NCBI RefSeq assembly: GCF_000143415.4
Contig: NW_003314329.1
Location: 745,763-809,762 of the forward strand
Source: Selaginella moellendorffii
Lineage: Eukaryota; Plantae; Lycopodiophyta
Direction of reading: 5' to 3'
Length of the DNA stretch: 64,000 nucleotides
A program made the position numbers and the translations under genes. The notes under the pieces were generated by a model. That model searched no databases and was not told the origin of the DNA. It saw only the letters and a list, made by a program, of their open reading frames with translations. Shown here piece by piece: positions 1-11,175 of this stretch (position 1 is the first letter of the stretch; the number at the start of each line of letters is the position of its first letter).

Positions 1-198
1 CGATCCCTTTTAATAATCTGTAAATGGATGGCTAACAGTCTGTTGCTTGTGCAGTGAGTAATTTAAACTAAGTAGGACTAAGTAGGAACTAGTAAATAGG
101 TGGGAATCTTAACGAAGGAACTTAACTAAGGCCAAGGTAATGTTAGTTGAATAGACAAAGTAAATTGGCAAATTAAAAAGTAAAAATTTATAAATTAC
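1..198 (+). mobile_element. Degenerate 3' end of an LTR of the same family as the chromovirus LTR at 34378-35448
   Basis: Aligns by eye with 35270-35448 (gatggctaa..., aagtagga-c-aagtagga, gtaaattggcaaatt, ending ttaca), with many G>A changes. Confidence 0.75.
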
Positions 199-260
199 AA
201 CATGCTCTTGAGCCTCCCTTTGACTGATGTTGACCACATAGTCAAAGCTAACACCTAACA
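199..260 (-). mobile_element. Fragment of the LTR family seen at 38532-38764
   Basis: cttgagcctccctttgactgatgttgaccacatagtcaaagctaacacctaaca is nearly identical to 38711-38764. Confidence 0.8.
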
Positions 261-624
261 AAAAAGTCCCCAAGTTGTGTTTTCTTGGAGGCAGCCTTTT
301 GGTGTGGCATAGCCTCTATGATCAAACAGCACAATGCATGTGATGCTTGCGTGCCTTGAAAATCCACACTTGATATTTCTAATTTCCAAAGAGAAGATCA
401 ATCACCACTGACAGATGGCTGGACGCCATAAGTTTCGTAGTAAATACCAAGACTTTGAGTTAGCCATTAGAGATGCTGTAGCTGGGAACAAACAAAGCTC
501 GACCGGGAAAAAGAAGTCCGTTGGTTGCTTCAGCAACCAGAGCAAAACTTTGAGTCGATGGGCCACAAACCTGGATTAGAGCAACACATTTCTCTGTTGG
601 TACCATCGCCACTCGAAACTCAGG

Positions 625-658
625 TGCAGTGAGCGTAGTCCAACTGAGCTATCCCCGC
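625..658 (-). pseudogene. Internally deleted tRNA-Phe(GAA) remnant
   Basis: Minus strand reads GCGGGGATAGCTCAGTTGG-ACT-ACGCTCACTGCA, i.e. the first 19 nt and last ~12 nt of plant cytosolic tRNA-Phe; the anticodon arm and most of the T arm are missing. Confidence 0.7.
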
Positions 659-1085
659 TCAACTAACCCAAGTTTTTTGCGAAGTGTTGATGCGGGTGCG
701 GGTTTACATCCCACTACATTAGAAACACAGATTGTAGGCTGAGTCCCAAACATGGGGCAGGATGTTTATATCACACAATCACACAGGACTACTGGAAAGA
801 GATGGCCAAGTGCTTCATCTTCAGGAACGACGGTGCTATTTGTGTGTAACGACACTTCGAGAGCTCCTGGGACTCAAGGCCTTGATTGAACACGACCCTT
901 GATCTGAAGATCATTGATCCTCAAATTCAAGCACTGGATCCCCAATCGCCCCAAATCTCTCCATTGTTTGCTCTCTGAACAAGATCGGAAGGCTGTATTG
1001 CTCAATTTGCTGCTCGAGTTCGTTAGTGAAGTCGAATATTGATTTGCAATGGCTTAGAGTTTAGACTCTGGACGCTCCATAAATC

Positions 1086-2944
1086 TTACGGCGCAACCTT
1101 GTTAATTCCACACACACCTGTAAGCAACACAAACGTTGCAGCATCCTCATCCTCCCCCAGGAGAGGCAAAGAGAATCTCTCCTCCTCCACAATCTTTGGA
1201 GTCGCCTCAGCCTTGGAGCACGCACTGAGGAGTGTGTTCCATGCCGCAGATCCAGCAAAGAAGGGCATGTTTTCCAGGAGCTCCTCCGCATCCCTCACCA
1301 GTCCAGACCGGCCAAGCATGTCCACAACGCAGCAGTAGTGCTGGAATGTCGGACGGATGCCCCGGTCACTGTCCATGGACAAGAAATATTCCCTGCCGGC
1401 TCTCAGCAGGCCAATGTGGTTGCAAGCCGACAAGACCCCGACAAGAGTGTTGTCATTGCTCTTGACGCCCTCGAGATCCATGATCCGAAACAACCCAAGC
1501 GTATCACTCCCATGCCCGCTTTGGGCATGCGCCTGGATCAAAACATTCCACGACACCACATTCTTGTGNNNNNNNNNNNNNNNNNNNNNNNNNNNNNNNN
1601 NNNNNNNNNNNNNNNNNNNNNNNNNNNNNNNNNNNNNNNNNNNNNNNNNNNNNNNNNNNNNNNNNNNNTGGCATCTTTCCAAAAGACTTTTTCGATTCTT
1701 GAATATACCCAACTTGGGCATATGCCGCAAGGACAGTATGCCAATGATACAACGTGCTTCTGTGGTACCAATTCAAACGCACAAAAGGCTTCACACGGCC
1801 TCCCATTTAGAGCGTAAGCTGCGACCATAGCCGTCCACGTCACCACGTTTTTGTCGAGGATTGACTCGAACAGAAGCTCCGCCTGTTCTAGATACCCATT
1901 CGCGGCAAGTGCTGTAAGCATCGCGGTTGAGGTGACAACATTTGGCTCGAAAGTTTGATCATAGATTCTCTTGGCTCTTTGGATATCGCCAGAGATACCA
2001 TAGCCAGAGATCATGACCGTCGAGCACATTGGATCTTTCCTGGGAAGTGTCTGGAAGAACTTCTCAGCGCGATCCATTTGCCCCGCTTGGGCGAGCGCCT
2101 GGATCATGATGCTCCAGGTGACGAGGTTCCAATGGGGGAATCGCAGCAGCAGCTCGTCTGATTGGGCAATCAATCCATTCTGGGCGTAAGCGGCGAGCAT
2201 CGCGTTCCACGACACCACGTCCGGGCTCTCCATCGAATCAAACATGGCCTTGGATCGATCGGGTTCCTCGGCCTGTGCGTACATGGCGATGATCGTCGTC
2301 CACGCGAAGCTATCGCGGCAGGGCATCCGATTGAATGCCTCTTTCGCCCAGGAATTCTCGCCATTGAGGACGAGCGCCTGGATCATGGCGTTCCAGCACA
2401 CGCAGTCCCGCGAATCGATCGCGGCGAACAGTGATCTGGCCTCGTCGAGATGCCCGTTTAGCGCGAACGCCACCATCACCGCGGTGGAGGCGACGACGCT
2501 TGGCGGTTGGGGCGATCGATCCAGCAAGGCCTTGGCTTCCAACAAATGCCCCCTCTGGGCATACGCGGAGACGATCACGTTCCAGGAGAATCGATTGGGC
2601 TGCTCGATGCGATCAAACACCGCCCTCGCTTCGCCCAGGCTCCAGCACTTGGAGTAGAGATCGATGAGGAGATTGGCGAGGTAGCGATTCTGGGAGTGAT
2701 CTGGGGAGCGAAGAATGTGAGCATAGATGTCTCTGCCCTTGGCAATGTCACGCGCGGCGGCGCAGGATTTGAGGACCTGGGCGATGGATTGCGCATCGGG
2801 TGGGAGCTCGCAACCGTGGGACGACGGCTTGGTGGCGCCGCCTCGCAGCATCTGGTAGAAGATCTTCTTGCCCAGAACCGGCATAAGTCCATCGCGTGTT
2901 GCAAAGTGGAGGAATTTAAGGTCTTTTGACGATTCTTTTATCAA
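1086..2944 (-). CDS. PLS-class pentatricopeptide repeat (PPR) protein with partial E domain; interrupted by a 100-N assembly gap
   Basis: Repeats such as 'NRFSWNVIVSAYAQRG', 'DVVSWNAMLAAYAQNG', 'HYCCVVDMLGRSGLVRDAEELLENMPF'. The frame differs across the gap (1569-1668). The true start is probably an internal ATG near 2885. Confidence 0.9.
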
Positions 2945-3549
2945 GAGAAATGCTGGTAGTCAATGTCCAGTCTTTGGAGATTTATTTAACCAGTGACAGA
3001 AATATAAGAGGTGAAGAATCTTTTAAGCAACAAATGGTCTGACTCTGAGAGAGAAGTCAACAATATATAAATTATATATGTGTAAAGCTTTTATTTCCAA
3101 CAAAAGAAATCATAAAGAAAGAAAGAAAATTCTTCCAATAAATCCAACATTTTACCTTTTGATTAATCTTCTATAGTTCTTGCATGACTAAACTTTAGGC
3201 AAGTATTAAACTGCTATACTTGCTGAAATACTTCAAACAATTCCTTTAGCTCTTTTCTTATTGAACACATAAAGATGTTGAATTACTGTTGCTATTCATA
3301 CTTTTATGTTTGCATCACTTTGAAGCTTTTATAAAACTTTAAGGTCAACATTCATAGCATGTTGCAAAGTATCTTGGAAATTAATGATATGCATTGTAAA
3401 AAAAACTGGTCTAAAGAGCACTTCTAAAAGATATATAAGCATTGGGAGTAAGTGCTAAAAATTTTTAATATAAATTTATTTATATAACTAAATATTTAAT
3501 TGGGTAATGGTTACAGGAATATAATTAGCCTAAAACCTTAGTTTATAGT

Positions 3550-5300
3550 AAGAGATAGTACATAACATTATAGGCATATATCTAAACCTCACATCAATCA
3601 TCTCCTCATCTTGAAAGGATGTAAGGTAAAGTATAATTCTCTAGCTGATGTGGGCATATAGGTAATGCAATTTTTTCTTATTGAATGTCATGAAGAAACT
3701 TATAACCTAACTTCCTGAAACACTTGATATGGTCCCTTTCATTAAGCAAAGAGCCTCTTAGATAATACTTTAATAAGATGGGGAAAATATACCAATACCA
3801 AGTTCTTTATGCAAATGAACGATGATAAGAGTTATAGCATTATTATTATCTTACTTTTATATGACCCAATTGCAAATAAATAAAAGAATGCTCATCAAAT
3901 ACTAATCTTAGGATCTAATATTAGTAGTTCATAATAATTGCAAAGATAAATTTTTAGCAATATAGGATTATAACTATATAAGAATTTATAAAGTGAAGCA
4001 CCAATGGAACTCTATACCCTCATAACAAATGCACACTAAAGAGGTAGTAAATAACCATTCTAATTTAAATACCTTAAGTTCATATATTTTGTAATTATTA
4101 TATTAATGAGATAATCTACCAAACCATTCATTTATAAATGATAGCCACTCACAAAAATGTAATGTGTTAGATGAGACATCAAAACATGAAATACCTTAGC
4201 CATAAATAATAAACTATTATATGAAAGAATTCACTCCAGACAAGAATGCTAAAACACCACTTAATTGAGAAAGAAATATCCAATAATAATCATAAATGCA
4301 CTAGCAACTTCCACCTAATATATTAGGTACTTGCAATAATAATGTATTCATTGTTAGTAATTAACCATGGAAAATGCCCTATCAAATAAAATGCCACTTA
4401 ATTAAATAGAAAATTGCAATTGATTATAACTATTCTTCCACTATATGAGGGGGAATATTACAATCTTAGCACTATATGAAATTATGCATATATTGAATCA
4501 TAATATTTCATTGCATTGTTGGCAAATAGAAAACTTATATAAATTCTCAATTACACAATGATCTATGCCCACCTAAGATAAAAGAATTATGTTAAGAATA
4601 GAGGAAGTGTGGAATAAAGACTAAAAGCAATACCAACCATAAATAATCATTGGATCAGTCCATAAATAAAAAAAGTCATCTTCAAGGTAATACTGATACC
4701 AAAACAACAACATTGACAAAGTTTATAAATCCACAATTCAACCCTTTGAGTCTCTTAAACATCATCCAGAAAAGGCAAATACAACTTTACATCTTGTAGA
4801 TACTAAATATAAAATATAATAACTGAATCTTTATCTAGAAACTCCATTGACACTAAAACAATAAACTCAAGAACATAAGAAACAAAATAAAAAGAGGGAA
4901 AGGAGCTCAATAATATCAACCATTTGGCAATAAACAACCTTACTTTAAAGCCCATTAACCAATATAGTTATTAAGCTATAAGCTATAAGCTCAAGCTTGT
5001 GATCACCCACACATATATCTAAGTTCACCTCATCTTGCACATACACATGTGTACAACTATTGTCATAGAGAATGATTGATAAATATAGATAACAACATAT
5101 GGTAATAATCTAAGCAATAGAAAATAAACTTAAGCCTGTATTGATCAAGGATAACATATCTCTTTTTATAAAAATAAGTTTAAAAAATTAACACTAATGC
5201 CCTTGATAGTACTTTTGAAAGAAGGATAGAGGAGTTATTGATTTATTCACACAAGGACCTTCTATTATTTATATAACTCTTTGTTTCCCTAAAAACTCTC
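3550..5300 (-). mobile_element. Extremely decayed AT-rich retroelement sequence, possibly integrase/3' region
   Basis: Residual 'KGPYQV...TLHPF' integrase C-terminal-like motif near 3600-3740; no ORFs. Confidence 0.3.
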
Positions 5301-8090
5301 ATCTACCAGCATTTTCTGCTAGTAGTAGTATCTTTTCAAAAGGCCCATTGTTCTGAGAATACCACCATGGCCTGCTATCAAAATATTATGGTGTTCCTAT
5401 ATTAGTAGTTTCTTGATTTCCCCTTTTGGGACATAAACCCATCTCTATTTATAATAGAGGTCATCCTTCACTTTGTAGCCTTCAGCCTTGTCAATTTCCT
5501 TGTCCTTGAAGACCCTTTCTTCTGTAGCATCCCTTTTGTAGCCCTCTTTGATACTTTCTAGCCAAGCCACTTGAGTCATGGTTGTGACTTGCAAGCTTGT
5601 CTTCCTACTCAAAGTATCAGGGACCACATTTGTTTTTCCAGGTTTATACAAGATTTCCATATCAAACTCTGTTGGGGCATCAGCCTAATAAGACTGCTTC
5701 CTGGTTGTGTTAAGAAGTGTTTGGTCACCATATTGATATACATCTTAAAGTGTCTTGCTTGATATAATCTCCACTCCTTAACTACTCGCACAATCACATA
5801 TAGTTCATTTTCATGAACAAGCCATTTCCTTTATGTTGCATTCAGCTTCTTAGAGTAAAATGCAACTGGATGACCCTCCTGTTTCAGCACAGCCCCAATC
5901 ATATAATCTGATGTGTCCATATCAATCTCAAAGGGTTTATTGAATTGGGTTAGTGCTAAAACTGGAGCTGTTGTTATCCGTTTCAACTTAAGAAATGCCT
6001 CCTGACATGCAACATCCCAATGGAACTTCACCTTTCTTGTTTGACTAGTAAGGGGCATCACTATTTTGGAATAGCATTTCACAAGTTCTCTATAGTAGTT
6101 ACAAAATCCCTTAACTTATGTACATTTGTTAATCTCTCCTATTCTTGAATGGTTGCAACTTTTTGTGGGTCTACATTCAATTAATATGCCCCAAGAATTG
6201 CACCTCTGGAGCCCAAATTCACACATACTCTTCTTGGCATACAGTTTATGTTTCCGCAGTAACTCAAACACCTTCGTCAAGTGCTCAATATATTGTTACT
6301 TTGTTTCACTATATATAAGGATATCATCAATATATACCACAACAAATTTATTGAGATAGTCCCTGAAGATCCTGTCCATCAGAGTTAAGAATATGGCTGG
6401 AGTGTTACACAAGTTGAAGGCATAACCAAGAACTTGAATGATCTGTATCAAGTTTGACATATTGTCTTCTCAATCTGTTCATCGACTACCTAAATCTGAT
6501 GATAGCTAGATCTCAAGTCTATTCTTGAGAAATATTTTGCTTTACCAAGGTAGTTGAACAAATCCCCCACTAGTGGTAGTGGATACTTATTCTTTATAGT
6601 TTCTTTGCACTTCCTTATGGAGCCATCTTTTTTCTTCACAAATAAGACTAGGGGATCTACTTGGTCTTATATAACCCTTCTCATTCTTCAACTCAATCAA
6701 CCCAGTTTCATTCAGCCTATATGGAGCCTTTGCCATGGGACAAGTTCTAGGAAGCAACTCGATCCTATGGTCAACCTCTTGCTTTAGAGGGAGCCCACTT
6801 GGGAGTTTTGATGGCAACATGTCCTTGAATTGATCCAATACTACCTCAATTTCTGGACATATTATTTCCTCTTTAATACTTTCATTGGATTTTGTGATAC
6901 ATAAGCACCAAAATGCATTAGCAATATCCTTTTTTGGTACTTTAGCAACAATGCTAAGGTACTCCAAAGGATCACTATGCCAAGTGCCTATCACCATATC
7001 CTTTGCTTCTATAGTTGTTCTTTTTCCATTTACACCCTATAGTACCACCAAATTCCTACCTCATCCATGCAAGGCCACAATGCTCTAGAGTCAAAGGAGG
7101 AGATTGCTGATCTGCCATGAAGACGGACGAAGAAAGAGCAAAAGAAGAGAAACGACAAAAAACGAGAAGGAAATGGGAGATCTAGACAAGCTCTTGAAAC
7201 CATTGTATGCCTAAGATAGTGTCAAAACCTTGCATGTTCAAGACAACAAGGCTTAGTGGAGCTTCCCATGAATCAATTTTTACATTGATTCCTGTTACCA
7301 TTTCCTAAGTGCTTTGATTCCCTTAGGTTTCCAGTGCTCTATCCCCGGGGGATGATTTGCCAGACGAGTATGAGAAGGATGATCCTTCAAAGAAGGCCAT
7401 GCCCAGAAGAGCTGGGATTATTTTGCATCCTAAGTTCTTCCAAGTATTGAACTCACAACTCCCATCTCCTTGTTAATTTTGCCAAAACATAATTATCCAA
7501 AGTACTTATGTCAATCAAAACCCAATAGTAGGTTTCTAAACTTACTTTGCAAAAATGAGGATTTATCAAAACGCAACTTTGAGTGCATGTTGAGAACCAA
7601 CTTGATCACAAACAAATGTTATGTACAACTCAAAACCCATGGAGGACAATGTTGGTGATCCCAAAGTGGTAGGTACTTCTCCCTAGCAAAGTGGCCTTGC
7701 TTCTCATAATTATAACATCCATTCTATGGGGCACTAGATGCTGCAAATGATTTCACCTTATTGGATCCTCTAGATGTGAATGTTGTTCCACTCTTTGCAC
7801 CACCTTTAAACCTGCCCTTTGAAAAACCCTTGCATGCGTTAGATTTCTTGAAAATCAACCCATGTGAGGACCTACTTCCCAACCCTCTTGATGAGAAGGA
7901 CTGATTGGGATTGCATCCTTGGAGAAGTACAGAGAAAGGAGGCATGAATAAGAAATTTATAAAGCATAGAAAGGGTTAGTTCTGAGGCAATTGTTGAAAT
8001 ACACCTTAGTCACCACTACCTTGCATCATGGTAACTGATGGGATTCCAATCCATAACCTCATTCTGGGCCCAGGTTGTATGTCCTCGAGA
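5300..8090 (-). mobile_element. Degenerate Ty3/gypsy gag-pol (gag end, RT, RNase H, start of integrase)
   Basis: 'ILYKPGKTNVVPDTLSRK', 'APVLAL..PFEIDMDTSDYMIGAVLKQEGHPVAFYSKKL', 'LPSGLPLKQEVDHRIEL..AKAPYRL'; multiple stops and frameshifts. Confidence 0.9.
7327..7431 (+). pseudogene. DPE1: Exon fragment of 4-alpha-glucanotransferase / disproportionating enzyme DPE1 inserted in the gypsy element
   Basis: After the acceptor ccttag it reads VSSALSPGDDLPDEYEKDDPSKKAMPRRAGIILHP, matching the plant DPE1/MalQ N-terminal 'GEDLP..Y..RRAG(I/V)LLHP' motif. Confidence 0.75.
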
Positions 8091-8224
8091 CGCGCAGCGG
8101 GGGGGAGGGGGGGGGGGGGGGGGGGGGGGGGGTTTTCCCTAAAAACCCCCCTTTTTTTCGTATCGCCCAAAATGGTCGTGCAGCCCAGAGAGGAACACAT
8201 GAAAGGATCCTGATCTCCCATATC

Positions 8225-8853
8225 TGTGATAAAGACCAAACTCATTAACATAGTGAATGCCCGATCTTAAGGCACAAACCGACACTTAGAGTTGTACCTT
8301 GTGCCCCCCAGGAGAGGATAGGGTTAAGGGAGTTGTGGATAAGGTCCCTCTAAGCTCAGGGGCACAGCCAAGACTTCCCCGCTCAAGTGACCTCAAGCCT
8401 TAGCACATCTCCTGCTAGCTTACCACCGAGAGCTGACCTCCCAGCGTACTTAAAGTAGTTTGAGGATCGTAAGGTTCCTCTACCATATACAGACCTTCCC
8501 GGTTTCCCAAACTCGCCTGGGGCAACAAATGCCTAACGAACCAAGTGCAGTGCACTTGACCTCACGCCATAGCCACGAGTGAGCATAACCACTATGTAGC
8601 TTAGGCACTCAGCCTTGTACCTACGTAGACCCACTAGGTGGTGTAGGAGGCGGAAGGACAGAGAACTCACCTTGTACTCCTCCGGGACATATACTTCATA
8701 TACATGTGACCACAACCCCTGCCCCCCCTGGTGCGCGATAGCCCTTGGGCTAGCACACACCTTATTTTTCAGTGAGAGAACAGTCTTTCTCTATTGGTGA
8801 GAGAAAATATTAGTGAGAGAATAGACAAATCCGTAGAGATTTCTTGAGTAACA
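8225..8853. mobile_element. Probable solo LTR (TG...CA), related in inverted orientation to 9917-10262
   Basis: tgtgat...gtaaca termini; 8700-8853 is similar to the reverse complement of 9917-10030; no clean TSD. Confidence 0.5.
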
Positions 8854-9916
8854 CATATGTCTTTTGCTCCTACATCATTAAGTTGACGTAATCACTAACC
8901 TTGGTTCTGCATGTGAGTGGGATTTGTTATACTAGTCTTGAGGAAGGAATCAGAAACATATAAAACACCAAATAGTCATAAACAACAGGCTGAACACCAT
9001 TTTACAAAAGTAATACCACCAATAAACACAACTAGTATTCTCATTTTCTAGTTCTTGTACATTATGCTCATCTAGATTGTTCCCATTTGTCTATACGAGC
9101 TTACATTCAATTTATCATTATGATGAACTTTAGAAATCCAAGGAAAGAAAAAGAATCAATGCTACTCACTGGAAATTTGGCCATGCTTTCAAGTCCACTT
9201 GTTGTTGTCATTTCAAATCTTGAGCCAATTTCTACAGAAGATGCTACCATTTGTCCATTTCATCTTGAAGTATCTTTTTGAAGAATGCAAACCATAATTA
9301 TTGAGGCTTTACGACATGGAGGTGCTCAATTTCTTTACTTCTCCAACCAACTTTGAGGTTGAGTCGCCTTAGCACTCAGAGCAAATAATATTGCGTAACC
9401 TTAAAAAGAGTTAAGTTAAAACGAGTTTATACAAGCAGGACAGTCGTCCTAAAAGTAGACAAATAAGGATCTTCTCCGCATTGCTATTTTGCAAGTCTGT
9501 TCAAATCAGATTTTGTTGTAGATGGAGTATCATTACACAGATGTCGATGCAACAACTAGTTTCAATTTGTGTGACCATAAATTCTTTTTTTTATCATTTA
9601 CAAGCCAAAGAATCTGAGTATGGTCCAACACAAAAGCCGAAGCTTCTTACTTGTGTGGGATATCATCCCTTCTCGCAACTTTTTTGGCTGACATATCCAA
9701 GGCACTAGCTTCAATTCCTACGGCTCCACAACTTGTTTATGGACTCGGTGTTTATTGTAGAACTCCTAGCCTGGAGTTCTAGGCATCACCCTATCACTCA
9801 ACGATAAACACCAGTCTTTACGGGACCACAATAGGTCCACAATCCAAGGACTAAACCATGCTAGATCCACGGACTACACTTGCCAAGTCCACGCGCATGG
9901 GTCTCGAGGCAGCCGG

Positions 9917-10262
9917 TGTTACGCAAAAATCCGATTGACTCTCCCTAACAGATACTGAGAGCTCTACTCTCTCACTGAAAATTGGTCTCTCTCGTGCTAA
10001 CCCAAGGGCTATCGTGAACCCAGGGGGGACGCATGTATGTACATAATGTGAGAGTTGAGACTCCTGGGGAAGTCATGCTTGCTGATCCTGGCTTCCTACT
10101 TAGGTGTGCTTGGGAGGCCTCGCGGCTAAGTTCCTTGAGCATGCAAGTGCTCAAGTGCTCGTTGGCCTCACAACATTAGTTGGAGACTCCGTGCTGGTCA
10201 CAATGGAAAGGAACTTCCTCACAAGGAAGTTACCATTCGGAACGAGCTACTCAAGTGTAACA
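9917..10262. mobile_element. Short LTR-like element (tgttac...gtaaca)
   Basis: 6-bp inverted termini; shares ctctcactgaaaa...gtgcta.cccaagggctatcg with the reverse complement of 8720-8790. Confidence 0.5.
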
Positions 10263-10359
10263 ACGCACAGACTGGTGCATATATTTACTTTGGAAGTTCG
10301 AACACTGCAACTGCAGGTACAAAATCTATGTTGAAGGTTATTCTTGGTATGTCAGCCGC

Positions 10360-11065
10360 AAATATAAAGAGCGTCCTGAAATCACGCAAAACTAAACCTA
10401 TGAGCTTCCAGTTGTAACTACTCACCCTCAGGTGCCATCATTTGAGTTGTTTTCAAGTATCTCCAAATTTTCCAAGGCTGCACTATCAAGCACCATGTGA
10501 GATTCTGACCAAGCTTCACTGCTGAAAGTCTCCTTTGAGATATCCAAACCGGGCAACTGTTCAGTTCTCCCAAGCTCTAGAACCTGTTTATCGATTAAAA
10601 CTTGTCTCAAGTAGGAAATGCAGCCTCCAAACGCAAACATAACTGCTTCCGCTTGGCTAATCAGATTCCGCAACATATCTGGCATAACGCGTCCAGTGCC
10701 TCCTTATAGGATCGATTCAATTTCCTTTAACGTTTGGTCGGCATCCCAAAACTCTTTAGATGGAGTTAATTTAGTGAACGAAGGTTTTTTTGTGTTTTCA
10801 CGCAGCGCTGTCTCCGTTGCATCCGCCAGAAAACCATGCGAGTTCAACAGGCCGTAACTCGGTTAAGATAGTCCTCAGTTTTCACCTGGTACAGTCGTCC
10901 CGAACCTGAGAATAGATGATGGAATCAGATAAAACAATTATAAACAAGAGGTAGCTGACCAAGCATACACAACGCCCTTGACGTATCAGTTACATAAAGA
11001 CCAATGACACAATCCTGTTTCTCTGTTAAGGCTAGAAGAAAAGATGGATCTGTATCGCCGTTCAT
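10360..11065 (-). pseudogene. MSH6: MSH6 (MutS homolog) internal gene fragment with introns and in-frame stops
   Basis: 'PSFLLALTEK..LCMLGQ', 'LTELRPVEL', 'EFWDADQTL', 'GGCISYLRQVLID...HMVLDSAALENLEILEN' correspond to MSH6 connector/core domains; stops present; N- and C-termini absent. Confidence 0.85.
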
Positions 11066-11175
11066 ACCAGAACCCACCACACATATTTCAACCTACAGAA
11101 TACATTTTATCGTTATTCATACAATAAATTGTCGAAAAATCAAACCAGAATTGGGAAGGACTTAGAGCACTTAGC

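Noticed and set aside
1569-1668. Apparent frameshift in the PPR gene
   Set aside because: Falls at an arbitrary 100-N gap and cannot be called
8095-8160. Poly-G tract and poly-Pro/Gly ORFs
   Set aside because: Homopolymer followed by low-complexity sequence; probably an LTR-associated G-tract or low-quality sequence, not coding
9160-9710. Exon-like, stop-ridden minus-strand sequence
   Set aside because: No recognisable family; left unannotated
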